Assembly: GCA_009785795.1 (NCBI GenBank)
Contig: WQVN01000003.1
Coordinates: 1 to 61,635, forward strand
DNA: 61,635 bases
Direction: 5' to 3'
Source of the DNA: Coriobacteriia bacterium
GTDB taxonomy: Bacteria > Actinomycetota > Coriobacteriia > WRKU01 > WQUG01
Shown here: in pieces, positions 17,999-27,851 of the stretch
Position numbering within the stretch: the first letter of the stretch is position 1
Layout of the letters: the number at the start of each line of letters is the position of its first letter
Translations under genes and position numbers: made by a program
The notes under the pieces: generated by a model
Told to the model about the DNA's origin: nothing
Seen by the model: only the letters and a program-made list of their open reading frames with translations
Database searches by the model: none

Positions 17999-18796
17999 TT
18001 AAACGGGTGCAATTCCTGCAAGGAGCCAGAATACTGCCATGGCAACAAATACTGCTGGCACCATGTTGCCAATGCGCAGCTTCAGACCTGCCGTTAGGTT
18101 CAGGCCAATGCCTACAATCAGCACACCACCTACTGCAGCAATACCGTTAATGGCAAGCATAGGAATGACGTCGCCAATCGCAAAAGCAAGCAGTGCAATA
18201 AAGCCCTGCAGAATCAGCACAGGCACCGCAGAAAACATCACACCCATACCCAGCGTCGCTGCAAGAAAGATCGAAATGGTGCCATCAAGTAGCGACTTAA
18301 TAAAAAGGGTGTCGGGATTCCCTAACCCATCTTGAATTGAACCTAGGATTGCCATTGCTCCTACACAATACACCAGGGTCGCTGTCATAAATCCCTGGAC
18401 AAACTTATTGCTGCCATTTTTATGGCCACTTTTCTGGCCTTTTTTCTGACTGTTGCTTTCACCAACATCTAACCTGTCCGACTGAAGACGTCGCTGCAAA
18501 GCTTTACCCATGTACTTCAGGCGCGTTTCAAGTGCCAAAATCTCGCCAATCAAGGTACCAATGATAAGCGCCGCGACAAAAACGATAATCGAATAACGCC
18601 CCAGCATTCCTGGTGCCTGCGACAAGGCAGTTAATGCAGCAATGGAGCCCATCATGCCAATGGCAATGACAGCAAGTCCCTGGACCTGGATGATGCTCTC
18701 GCGCATGCGCTTTTTAACCAGCCTGCCAACCGCAAGTCCAATTTATGAACCCAGTACAATGGCAAGCGCATTGACAACAACTCCCAGCCCTGGCAC
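17999..18796 (-). pseudogene. DUF554 (YqgA-like) membrane protein gene interrupted by an in-frame TAA at codon 18
   Basis: GTG at 18796 directly follows the mnmA TAG stop and has GAGAGGA upstream. The translation VPGLGVVVNALAIVLGS*IGLAVGRLVKKRMRES... matches, from my recollection of the E. coli YqgA sequence, the conserved first helix of that family. The stop codon is at 18745..18743. The tracked ORF (17999..18706) would lack that helix. Confidence 0.6.
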
Positions 18797-20032
18797 CTAT
18801 CTATCCTCTCTATCTGTCAGCACGCGGTCTATAGTACCACCGCCTAGCACAGTACCTGCACTGTCAAAGAACACTGCGGCCTGTCCAGGAGTGATTGCTC
18901 GTTGTGCGACGTCAAAGCATACCTGAACGTACTCTGCACTTTGATGTTGCACACACTGGATTGTTCCTGCATGCTTGGCGTGCTTGTAGCCCACTTTAAC
19001 ATGACACTTCATGGGCTGTGTGGGCGCTATTGGCAGAGCTATCCAGTTTAGGTCACGCACCAGAAAATCTGTATGCAGCAAGCCCTGTTCGTCATCACCA
19101 ATCGTAACGGTATTTGCCACAGCATCAATTGACTGTACAAAGACTGGTCTGCCATGCGCACCCAATCCCTTACGTTGGCCAATTGTGTAATAAATCAGCC
19201 CCTTATGCTGTCCAACAGCCCGACCATTTACATCAAGCATATCGCCAGGAACAGGAAGTTCCTGGCCGCCTGCCACACGTGTGCGTTCGATATAGCCAGC
19301 ATAATCCCCATCTGGCACAAAGCAAATATCCTGGCTCTCAGCTTTTTCTGCATTGGAAAAACCAGCATCTGCAGCAAGCAGGCGAATCTCAGACTTGTGA
19401 TAATCGCCTAATGGCAGCTTGATGCGAGATAACTGTTCTTGCGATAAGGTGTACAGCACATAACTCTGATCTTTACGACTATCCACTGCACTTTGCACAA
19501 CCCAGCGACTATAGTTCTCGCTATAGTTAATACAAGCATAGTGGCCTGTTGCAAGAACATCGCAGTCCAGCTCATCTGCAATTTCAAGTAGCGCACCAAA
19601 CTTCAATTGCCTATTGCAGACAATGCAGGGGTTAGGAGTTTCACCCGATGCATAACCTTGTATAAATGGCTCGATTACTTGGTGAGAAAAACGTGTACGT
19701 AGATCATACTTGTAAAAGGGAATTTCAAGCTGCCGAGCAATGTTGGCAGCTGCTTGTGCTTCAGAGCTTGGGGGCAAAATCTCGCATGATGCCTTCAGTG
19801 GTGACATGCAAGATCCTTCGCTTTGCTCAGGAATGATATCTGGACATACATCACCGTGCAGTAACATGTGAACACCCATGCAGTCGTACCCCGCACGCTG
19901 CATCAACAGTGCGGTCACCGAGCTATCAACTCCCCCACTCATTGCTATCAAAGCCCGCTTTTTCAAACCAATCCCCAAATCCAAACAAATAGCAAAGATG
20001 CCCCTAGTGCTCAAGGTCAAGGCGGATTGCAT
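18797..20032 (-). CDS. mnmA: tRNA 2-thiouridine(34) synthase MnmA, with a repeat-derived in-frame insertion
   Basis: PP-loop SGGVDSS and full-length MnmA-like sequence. The true start may be the TTG at 19966 (LKKRALIAMSGG), which has GGGGA upstream. The insertion IIPEQSEGS is encoded by the dispersed repeat. Confidence 0.88.
   Translation of the reverse strand: MQSALTLSTRGIFAICLDLGIGLKKRALIAMSGGVDSSVTALLMQRAGYDCMGVHMLLHGDVCPDIIPEQSEGSCMSPLKASCEILPPSSEAQAAANIARQLEIPFYKYDLRTRFSHQVIEPFIQGYASGETPNPCIVCNRQLKFGALLEIADELDCDVLATGHYACINYSENYSRWVVQSAVDSRKDQSYVLYTLSQEQLSRIKLPLGDYHKSEIRLLAADAGFSNAEKAESQDICFVPDGDYAGYIERTRVAGGQELPVPGDMLDVNGRAVGQHKGLIYYTIGQRKGLGAHGRPVFVQSIDAVANTVTIGDDEQGLLHTDFLVRDLNWIALPIAPTQPMKCHVKVGYKHAKHAGTIQCVQHQSAEYVQVCFDVAQRAITPGQAAVFFDSAGTVLGGGTIDRVLTDREDR
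19810..19835. repeat. 24-nt short-form copy of the dispersed repeat inside mnmA
   Basis: aagatccttcgctttgctcaggaat (19810..19834) is an exact 25-mer match to 57099..57123. It is translated on the minus strand as IIPEQSEGS. Confidence 0.85.
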
Positions 20033-20170
20033 GTTCAGAACGGTAAGTGTTGTCTTTCGACTTCACTGTGCTCCGTTCGCAATACCTACCTTGCGACATT
20101 GTCTCACTCCGTTTGTGTTGTAACCTACGTGTCCCGATCGAGTTGTGTGATTCGACGCCGAGATTGAACA

Positions 20171-21103
20171 TTAGGGGCTTTCAAATAGTGGTGTGGATAG
20201 ATACCGTTCACCACTATCAGGCAACACGATAACAATTCGCTTGTTCGCAACATCTGCGCGACGCGCGACCTGCGTTGCTGCCCACAGTGCTGCACCAGAA
20301 GAAATGCCTGCTAGTACGCCCTCTGTTCGCACTAGCTGATGCACCGTACTATAGGCATCCTCAAGTTCAACGGTAATAACCTCATCATAGATTGCAGTAT
20401 CTAACACCTCTGGCACAAATCCTGCGCCAATCCCCTGGATGCCGTGTGAACCTTTTGAGCCTGCAGACAGAATAGGGGAATCTGCAGGTTCTACTGCAAT
20501 AATACGTATGTTGGAATTTTGCTCTTTCAGATAGCGTCCCGCACCAGTCAAAGTACCACCTGTACCAACACCTGCCACAAAGTAGTCAACCACACCACCA
20601 CAATCATGCCAAACCTCTGGCCCCGTGCTGTGATAGTGCATCTGCGGATTAGCTGGATTGTTAAACTGCCCCGGCACAAAACTATTTGGTGTTTGTGCTG
20701 CCAGCTGCTGTGCTGCGTCAAGTGCTCCCTGCATACCTGCTTCTTTTGGCGTCAACACCAGCTCTGCACCAAAAGCTGCAAGTAATGCACGGCGTTCAAG
20801 GCTCATCGTTTCAGGCATCGTCAGAATAATTCGATAGCCGCGAGACGCGGCAATCGCTGCAAGACCAATGCCTGTGTTGCCACTGGTTGGCTCAATTATC
20901 ACACTGTCTGGATTTAGCTGTCCCGCCTGTTCTGCGGCACGGATCATTGCCCATGCAGCACGATCTTTTACACTGTTTGTCGGATTGAATGTCTCAAGCT
21001 TTGCGACAATTTCAGCATGAATATCTGCATCTGCCCCATATGCATTAAGCGCAAGGAGCGGAGTGTGTCCAATCAGGTCAGTCACACTGTTATGGATGGT
21101 CAT
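20171..21103 (-). CDS. cysK: cysteine synthase A (O-acetylserine sulfhydrylase)
   Basis: PLP-lysine motif [11 protein letters not shown] and a GTGGT loop; full-length similarity. Confidence 0.88.
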   Translation of the reverse strand: MTIHNSVTDLIGHTPLLALNAYGADADIHAEIVAKLETFNPTNSVKDRAAWAMIRAAEQAGQLNPDSVIIEPTSGNTGIGLAAIAASRGYRIILTMPETMSLERRALLAAFGAELVLTPKEAGMQGALDAAQQLAAQTPNSFVPGQFNNPANPQMHYHSTGPEVWHDCGGVVDYFVAGVGTGGTLTGAGRYLKEQNSNIRIIAVEPADSPILSAGSKGSHGIQGIGAGFVPEVLDTAIYDEVITVELEDAYSTVHQLVRTEGVLAGISSGAALWAATQVARRADVANKRIVIVLPDSGERYLSTPLFESP

Positions 21104-21114
21104 AGCTCAGCCCC

Positions 21115-22173
21115 CTATGCGCGTTCTATATGCGTAAATAGTGTATCGATCAGATCGATCTCATCTGCTCTATCTAATACTTCTCCCGACGCAAAAACCA
21201 GTCCCATACCTTTGCCACAGGCAATGCCAAAGTCAGCCTCGCGCGCTTCTCCTGGTCCATTTACCTCGCATCCCATCACTGCAACCTTCAAGCCGCGATA
21301 TTTGTCTGGATTAGTTGCTGACAACTGCAATAATCTACGCTCAACTTCTGTGGCAATTGGAATCAGGTCAACGCGGCAGCGCCCACAGGTGGGACAGCTG
21401 ACTAGTTCAGGATTTCTGCGCCTAATATCAAGTGCTGCGAGGATTTCCCAGGCAGCCTTGACCTCTTCAGCAGGATCTGCTGTCAAAGACACGCGTAAAG
21501 TATCACCTATGCCATCAGCAAGCAACGTACCGCAGCCCACTGCAGACTTAATAGTGCCACTAAAAGCAGTTCCCGCCTCTGTTACTCCAATGTGCAAAGG
21601 ACAGTCAGTCATTTTTGTCAGTCTGCGATAGGCGTCAATAGTTACAGGTACACTGGATGCCTTTACAGAAAGTGCGATGTCACGAAAATCACGCGCCTCA
21701 AAATACTGGACGTACTCCATCGCGCTGGCTACCAGTTTTTCTGCAAGGCTTAAATCATTGCGCTCTTGGTAGTCTATTGCTAGTGAGCCTGCATTAACGC
21801 CAATGCGAATTGGAATACCTGCTTGCCCAGCCGCATCAATAATCGCATCCACGCGGCTCCAGTCGCCAATATTGCCTGGATTAATGCGTAATTTTGGCGC
21901 ACCACGTCGCACCGCTTCTAGTGCCAACTGATAGTCAAAGTGAATGTCGGCAACTACGGGAATGGGACTTGTCTCGCACAATCTGCCGTAACTATTCAAT
22001 ACGTCAGCACACGGAATGGCAGCCCGCAAAATCTCGCAACCCGCATCTGCCAACAAGCGCGCCTGCGCAATACTTGCATCAAAGTCACCCGTGTCAGTCG
22101 AGAGCATGCTTTGAACACGAATCGGGGCATCACCACCTACGGCCACACCACCAATGGAAATCTGTCGCGTCAT
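21115..22173 (-). CDS. ispG: 4-hydroxy-3-methylbut-2-enyl diphosphate synthase
   Basis: GcpE-like sequence with C-terminal cluster cysteines (SCPTCGRC, GCEVNGPGE). Confidence 0.9.
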   Translation of the reverse strand: MTRQISIGGVAVGGDAPIRVQSMLSTDTGDFDASIAQARLLADAGCEILRAAIPCADVLNSYGRLCETSPIPVVADIHFDYQLALEAVRRGAPKLRINPGNIGDWSRVDAIIDAAGQAGIPIRIGVNAGSLAIDYQERNDLSLAEKLVASAMEYVQYFEARDFRDIALSVKASSVPVTIDAYRRLTKMTDCPLHIGVTEAGTAFSGTIKSAVGCGTLLADGIGDTLRVSLTADPAEEVKAAWEILAALDIRRRNPELVSCPTCGRCRVDLIPIATEVERRLLQLSATNPDKYRGLKVAVMGCEVNGPGEAREADFGIACGKGMGLVFASGEVLDRADEIDLIDTLFTHIERA

Positions 22174-22177
22174 GACA

Positions 22178-23365
22178 CTACCCCGCTAATCGCAGAACAT
22201 CTTGAAACATTACATAGAACATGAACACTAGCAGCAAGCAAATGCCAAACATCGAAAGCCCCACTTGAATCGATTGCGGCACGGGTCTGCGCATCGCCTT
22301 TTGTATAAGCTCAAGTACAATCTTTCCCCCATCCAAGGGCGGAATTGGCAGCAAATTCATCAGACCCAGTGATATGGATATTGATGCTACTAAAAAGGCA
22401 TAGTTCATAATGCCTGTCTGTGCAGCCTGAGCAGACATTACTGACATTCCAATAATGCTTGCTGACTGATCGACTACTTCTTGGAAAGTCGCTGGATTGA
22501 ACAGCCTGCTAATGGCTTCTGCAATCAACCCGATATGCCTGATGGCATGCATAAACGAATCACCTATTGGGAGAGGCTGAAAAATCATATATGGAGCAAC
22601 ACCCATGTACACAGGTGGCAAATTGTCATGCGGAGAAACAGGAGCGGCAGTATCAACATCCTGATTAGCATCCACATCACCACCAGTGTTTGCAGCATCT
22701 GGATCATCTATTGCGGGAACATCAGGCTCGCTGGGACGTTCTGCAAGCACAATATCGAGAGATTGTGACTCGCCACCATCTACCTGATAGACAACGGTGA
22801 CGGTGTCTCCTGCATCTTGTGTCTGAACAAAATCAGCCAGTTCGCCAAAGGTCTCAACGGGAACACCGTCAATGGATAGAACGCGTGCCTGGTCGGGCAA
22901 TCCTGCTGCAGCAGCTGGTCCGCCTGAAACAGGGCTCACATAGCCCTGGTCAGTTGGTAGTCCAGCAGTACTAAGCAAGATTGTCAAAATAACAATAGCA
23001 ACTACGAGATTAGTGACGATACCTGCAGAAAGGACAACGATGCGCTTCCACATAGGAATATCGCCCAATTCTGCACGCTCTTCGTCGCTCATCAGGCCCA
23101 GTTCTGCAGCAGGGCCAGAGCCTTCCAGTGCAGGAATACGTACGTATCCGCCAAAAGGAATCGCAGTAACACCGTATCTGGTCTCACCAATTTTGAATGA
23201 AATCTTGGGTCCTGGTAGCCCAATAAAAAACTCAGTGACCTTCAATCCCAAGGCGCGCGCAGCTAAAGCATGTCCCGCCTCGTGGACAAAGACCAGAATA
23301 GAAATTGTAATAATCCCCCAAAAAAGACTCGGAAGGAATCCAGGTAAAGTATCTGCTCCAAACAT
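22178..23365 (-). CDS. rseP: M50 site-2 protease with PDZ domain (RseP/RasP family)
   Basis: HEAGHALAA zinc motif, a PDZ segment and a C-terminal LNLLPIPPLDGG. It sits in the conserved position between dxr and ispG. It also contains an acidic Asp/Pro-rich insertion. Confidence 0.85.
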   Translation of the reverse strand: MFGADTLPGFLPSLFWGIITISILVFVHEAGHALAARALGLKVTEFFIGLPGPKISFKIGETRYGVTAIPFGGYVRIPALEGSGPAAELGLMSDEERAELGDIPMWKRIVVLSAGIVTNLVVAIVILTILLSTAGLPTDQGYVSPVSGGPAAAAGLPDQARVLSIDGVPVETFGELADFVQTQDAGDTVTVVYQVDGGESQSLDIVLAERPSEPDVPAIDDPDAANTGGDVDANQDVDTAAPVSPHDNLPPVYMGVAPYMIFQPLPIGDSFMHAIRHIGLIAEAISRLFNPATFQEVVDQSASIIGMSVMSAQAAQTGIMNYAFLVASISISLGLMNLLPIPPLDGGKIVLELIQKAMRRPVPQSIQVGLSMFGICLLLVFMFYVMFQDVLRLAG

Positions 23366-23419
23366 AGTGATGAATTATACGTCATTCATCCTGCACGTAA
23401 AGATGCCGTAAGGCAGAAG

Positions 23420-24523
23420 TTACACGATACTGTCAACGAAGCTGCGAACTTGTGCGTCGAGTTCTTCAACCTGCTCGATTGATTCAAGAGGAAGGATTTT
23501 GCTTGCAAAATGATCCAATGCATTTGCAACACAGGCTTCTATGTCCAAAAAGACAATCTGGTCTTTCAGGAATGCTGCGACGGCAACCTCGTTGGCAGCA
23601 TTGAGGATGCAAGGAGCAGTTCCACCACTCCTACCTGCCTGAAATGCCAGGCGCAGGCAACCAAAGGTATCCGTATCTGGTGCACCCAGTTCAAGCCCTG
23701 CCAATTCGCGATAGTCAACACTCAAGTCTGCAACTGCGGGCCAGCGCTCAGGATAAGAAAAAGCATACTGGATGGGCACGCGCATGTCGGCAATCCCCAA
23801 ATGTCCAATTGTGGAACCGTCAACAAATTCAACCATTGAATGAATCAAGCTGCGCGGTTGCAGCAATACCGTGATGTCATCATAAGATGTCCCAAATAGA
23901 TGATGAGCCTCAATGACCTCGAGTCCCTTATTCATGAGCGTTGCAGAATCAACCGTGATTTTTGGTCCCATGCTCCATGTAGGATGAGCAAGCGCATCTG
24001 CCGCTCGCACATCTGCCAACTGTTCTCGCGTCTTGCCACGAAAAGGTCCACCAGACGCAGTAAGCCATATGGCTTTGAGTGCTGCACTGTTCCCTGACTG
24101 CAAGCATTGAAATATTGCCGAGTGTTCAGAGTCTACGGGCAGCATCTGATTTTGTGTTGCAAGCTCTGTCACCAGCTCGCCGCCCACTATCAGTGATTCC
24201 TTATTCGCAAGGGCAAGCGTCAGTCCCGCCTGTAGGGTTGTCACCGTTGCGCGCAACCCAGCAGACCCAACCAGTGCATTCAGTACAATGTCAGGCTGCG
24301 TTGCCTCAATTAAGCTAATCAGCGCGTCCATACCATCACGCGCTGTCAAGCAACACGCGCTGTCATCAAGTCCAAACTGCTGTGCTTGTGTGTTCAGCGT
24401 GCCTGATGATGAATGAGCAGCAAGTCCTACAACCTGCAGTTTGTCACTATGCGTCGCTGCAACTTCAAGAGCCTGTGTGCCAATTGACCCTGTAGACCCC
24501 AATATCAATATGCGCTTTTTCAT
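23420..24523 (-). CDS. dxr: 1-deoxy-D-xylulose 5-phosphate reductoisomerase
   Basis: ILGSTGSIGTQAL NADPH motif and full-length Dxr-like sequence. Confidence 0.92.
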   Translation of the reverse strand: MKKRILILGSTGSIGTQALEVAATHSDKLQVVGLAAHSSSGTLNTQAQQFGLDDSACCLTARDGMDALISLIEATQPDIVLNALVGSAGLRATVTTLQAGLTLALANKESLIVGGELVTELATQNQMLPVDSEHSAIFQCLQSGNSAALKAIWLTASGGPFRGKTREQLADVRAADALAHPTWSMGPKITVDSATLMNKGLEVIEAHHLFGTSYDDITVLLQPRSLIHSMVEFVDGSTIGHLGIADMRVPIQYAFSYPERWPAVADLSVDYRELAGLELGAPDTDTFGCLRLAFQAGRSGGTAPCILNAANEVAVAAFLKDQIVFLDIEACVANALDHFASKILPLESIEQVEELDAQVRSFVDSIV

Positions 24524-24525
24524 GC

Positions 24526-25467
24526 CTATGAGCCCAATAATCCTAGTGCGACACCTATAGTTGATAGCACAATGAACATGATGGGTGCTGTTAGCAACAA
24601 GGAGTCAATCCTGTCCAATATGCCACCATGGCCTGGCAGCAGTCTTCCCGAATCTTTCACCCCAGCCTCACGCTTGATGCGCGACTGAAACAAATCTCCT
24701 AAAAGGGCTGCAACGGACACTATTACACCCACTATTACCGCTGCCAACCATGATGCGCTGCCCGCAAATACAAAGGGTACAATGTACCAAAAGATAACTG
24801 CGCCAATGATGCCTGCAATAAGTCCCTCCCATGACTTCTTAGGAGAAATCTTTGGAGCCAGCTTGTGACGTCCAAATAGCGATCCTCCCAAATAGGCAAA
24901 TGAATCTGCTGCCCATATGCTAAAGACAATGGCAACCGCAAGCAAAATACCCTGATCCATCTCGCGAATCAACATTAAGCATGCCAAGGGAATGCCCAAA
25001 TATAGACCACCAAAAAGGCTAATGGCAGCGTCCTTTGCATGTGACTGCGGATTTACTGCCACCCAGACCATGTAGAAAGCAAGGGCGACAATCGACACAT
25101 AAAACAAGGCAATCACGGCACGTAAATCGCCCGTTCCTAAAATAGGATAAAAGTCATCATGTGCAAGGCTGGCAATCGAAATCGACAAGGGCATTGTTGC
25201 TGCAAAAATCATGCCAATATACATAGGTATTTTTGGCATGTCAGGATCAACAATACGATAAAACTCATAAGTTCCCAATACTGCAAACAGTATGAGTAAG
25301 AGCGGCAGCAACATAAAGGTATTACCTGCAACAATACAGCTCAGCACAACAGCTACAAAAATTGCTCCTGTAATAATGCGCTGAATTAGCGAAGCTTTCT
25401 TTATGCCAGCTGGTTGTCCTTTTGTTGGCTTAAGGGATGCTGATTTGATAGATTCTGTCATTTTCAT
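24526..25467 (-). CDS. cdsA: phosphatidate cytidylyltransferase
   Basis: C-terminal signature SRIKREAGVKDSGRLLPGHGGILDRIDS; polytopic membrane protein. Confidence 0.9.
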   Translation of the reverse strand: MKMTESIKSASLKPTKGQPAGIKKASLIQRIITGAIFVAVVLSCIVAGNTFMLLPLLLILFAVLGTYEFYRIVDPDMPKIPMYIGMIFAATMPLSISIASLAHDDFYPILGTGDLRAVIALFYVSIVALAFYMVWVAVNPQSHAKDAAISLFGGLYLGIPLACLMLIREMDQGILLAVAIVFSIWAADSFAYLGGSLFGRHKLAPKISPKKSWEGLIAGIIGAVIFWYIVPFVFAGSASWLAAVIVGVIVSVAALLGDLFQSRIKREAGVKDSGRLLPGHGGILDRIDSLLLTAPIMFIVLSTIGVALGLLGS

Positions 25468-25476
25468 ATTTCTATT

Positions 25477-26250
25477 CTAGAGCCCACCATAGCGACGCTC
25501 GCGATCTCGATAGTCAATCAAGGCGTCAAGCAGGGCTTCCCTGTCAAAGTCTGGCCACAATATGTCAGTAAAATAGAGTTCTGTATAAGCTGTTTCGTAT
25601 AGCAAAAAGTTCGATAGCCTGGTCTCGCCACTGGTACGTATCATTAAATCTGGATCAGGAATACCTGCGGTGGAAAGGTGTGAGCTTATCAGTTCTGGCT
25701 GCACATCTTCAAGGCTCAGATCACCATCTGCAACATCATTTGCAATGGCTCTCACTGCCTGACAAATGTCTTGACGTGCGCCATAGTTTAGGGCAACAAC
25801 CAGGGTAAGTCCCGTATTTGTCGCAGTGCTTTGCACGCAGTGAGCAAAGGCATCCTTTGTGCCCGCAGGCAAATCATCAACATCGCCGATTAGTTTTACA
25901 CGAACATTTTGTGCGTTTAGGTTGACGACTTCACGCGACAAAACCTCAACGAACAATTTCATGATGCCACTAACTTCGTCTTTTGGACGGCTCCAATTCT
26001 CACTAGAAAAAGAATAGATTGTTAAATAGGCAATACCTAGCTGCACGCAAGATCCGATCATCTCTCGCACGCTTGCAACACCAGCCTTATGCCCAAAGAG
26101 ACGTGGCTTGCCCTGCTTTTTTGCCCAACGTCCATTACCGTCCATAATGATGGCAAGATGGCGTGGCAATACCCCTGCATCTAGGTCGGCAAGTTTCATG
26201 CGCGCACTATCAGCAGCAAACCAGTCTAATTGTCGTTGGCTTAGTTCCAT
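25477..26250 (-). CDS. uppS: di-trans,poly-cis-undecaprenyl-diphosphate synthase
   Basis: HLAIIMDGNGRWA and IRTSGETRLSNFLLYE motifs. Confidence 0.92.
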   Translation of the reverse strand: MELSQRQLDWFAADSARMKLADLDAGVLPRHLAIIMDGNGRWAKKQGKPRLFGHKAGVASVREMIGSCVQLGIAYLTIYSFSSENWSRPKDEVSGIMKLFVEVLSREVVNLNAQNVRVKLIGDVDDLPAGTKDAFAHCVQSTATNTGLTLVVALNYGARQDICQAVRAIANDVADGDLSLEDVQPELISSHLSTAGIPDPDLMIRTSGETRLSNFLLYETAYTELYFTDILWPDFDREALLDALIDYRDRERRYGGL

Positions 26251-26309
26251 ATTTAGGTTACCCTGTGCAAGCCCGCAGACTCAGCACAGTCCAGCAACAT
26301 CGCAGCTGA

Positions 26310-26867
26310 CTATATCTCCATTATGTCTTTTTCTTTGACGGCAAGTGCATCGTCGATTTTCTTTATCGCAGTATCAGTAATTTTCTGGACTTCGTCTTGT
26401 GCGGTAAACGCTTCATCTTCGCCAATTTCTTTACTGGTCTTCAGGCGATCAATTTTTTGATTAGCATCACGACGAATATTACGAATTGCAATCTTTGCGT
26501 CCTCTGCATAGCCTTTGCATAATTTGAATAATTCTGCACGGCGCTCTTCAGTTAGGGGCGGGAACGGAATACGAATTAAGATGCCATCGTTATTGGGTGA
26601 AAGTCCCAGATCTGATTGCAGGATTGCACGCTCAATCGCACCAAGTGTCGTCTTGTCCCACGGCTCAATAACAACAGTTTGTGCATCAGGAGTTTTTACA
26701 TTCGCTAACTGGTTCAAAGGCATTTCGGACCCATAAGCATCAACCACAACTCTGTCAAAGATGGCTCCTGTGGCACGCCCTGTACGTACTCCCGCGAATT
26801 CTTGTGCGAGCGAGCTCTGGGTCTTTTCCATTGTAGTTTTTGCATGATCTAGAATCTCTGGTATCAC
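26310..26867 (-). CDS. frr: ribosome recycling factor
   Basis: Full-length Frr-like sequence (PLTEERRAELFK, IRNIRRDA). Confidence 0.93.
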   Translation of the reverse strand: MIPEILDHAKTTMEKTQSSLAQEFAGVRTGRATGAIFDRVVVDAYGSEMPLNQLANVKTPDAQTVVIEPWDKTTLGAIERAILQSDLGLSPNNDGILIRIPFPPLTEERRAELFKLCKGYAEDAKIAIRNIRRDANQKIDRLKTSKEIGEDEAFTAQDEVQKITDTAIKKIDDALAVKEKDIMEI

Positions 26868-26970
26868 GATTGACTTCCTCTCAGATCTGACTCTTATATT
26901 GCATAATCATCACAGCATTTACAAGACGTTATTCATCACTGCAAGCTGCAACTTGCTTCTATTTGCGCCT

Positions 26971-27690
26971 CTATTCGCCCTGAACCAAGGTTCCGACATC
27001 TTCGCCTGCCAACGCACGCTTGATGTTGCCCTCAGTCTCCATATTGAAGACAAGGATTGGCAAATCATTGTCCATGCACAGTGAAATCGCTGTCGAGTCC
27101 ATGACGTTCAATCCTTTGCTTAATACATCAATGTAGCTTAAGTGATCGTAGCGCACGGCATCATCATGCTTCTTTGGGTCCTTATCATAAACCCCATCAA
27201 CTCGTGTAGCCTTCATTACGCAATCTGCATCAATCTCTAGTGCACGCAGTGCTGCCGTTGTATCTGTTGTAAAGTAAGGATTACCTGTACCCGCAGCAAA
27301 GATCACAACGCGGTCCTTTTCCAAATGCCTGACTGCACGTCCGCGAATATAGGGTTCAGCAACTTCTTGGATACTGATAGCACTCATCACACGCGAATCG
27401 ATACCTGCACGCATTAATCCATCATGCAAAGCAACCGCATTCATTACTGTTGCAAGCATCCCCATATAGTCGGCTGCAGCACGATCCATTCCGTTAGCGC
27501 TCGCTGCAAGTCCGCGGAAAATATTTCCACCACCCACTACAATCGCTAACTCATAGTTGACAACAACATCGCGCAATTGTTGTGCAAGCGACGCAATGAC
27601 TGCAGGATCAATACCATAACCTCGATCCCCCATTAAAGCTTCGCCAGATATTTTCAATAACACACGATTTACATCAAGAATGCGACCCAC
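26971..27690 (-). CDS. pyrH: UMP kinase
   Basis: [19 protein letters not shown] and [10 protein letters not shown] motifs. The start codon is GTG at 27690. Confidence 0.93.
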   Translation of the reverse strand: MGRILDVNRVLLKISGEALMGDRGYGIDPAVIASLAQQLRDVVVNYELAIVVGGGNIFRGLAASANGMDRAAADYMGMLATVMNAVALHDGLMRAGIDSRVMSAISIQEVAEPYIRGRAVRHLEKDRVVIFAAGTGNPYFTTDTTAALRALEIDADCVMKATRVDGVYDKDPKKHDDAVRYDHLSYIDVLSKGLNVMDSTAISLCMDNDLPILVFNMETEGNIKRALAGEDVGTLVQGE

Positions 27691-27715
27691 GTTAGTCCTT
27701 TCTATTCCACTATCG

Positions 27716-27724
27716 AGTATAGCA
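27716..27724 (-). promoter_or_regulatory. candidate extended -10 element (TGCTATACT) for pyrH
   Basis: TGcTATACT reads on the minus strand 26 nt upstream of the pyrH GTG, downstream of the cytochrome terminator hairpin. It has the same TGCTATA core as the uvrA candidate. Confidence 0.3.
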
Positions 27725-27793
27725 TGGCACCATCCTCATATTCTTTAACACTGTCAAAGAAGCGCAGCTGTTAGCCCATACTAAGCACGCACT

Positions 27794-27831
27794 AAAGAAG
27801 GCTGTACTCCCTCCCGAATACAGCCTTCTTT
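27794..27831 (-). terminator. hairpin terminator downstream of the cytochrome gene
   Basis: Perfect 13-bp stem aaagaaggctgta / tacagccttcttt with a 12-nt loop, 21 nt after the stop codon. A/T runs lie inside the stem ends. Confidence 0.55.
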
Positions 27832-27851
27832 AAATCTATTGCGCAAATCCT

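Noticed and set aside
20033-20170. 138-nt cysK-mnmA spacer, considered as a possible regulatory RNA or T-box
   Set aside because: It has only weak 5- to 6-bp hairpins and no specifier or T-box-like conserved sequence. It is too short for a T-box leader.
21017-21631. 204-aa plus-strand ORF
   Set aside because: It is antisense to the cysK 5' end and the ispG 3' half, so it is a shadow ORF.
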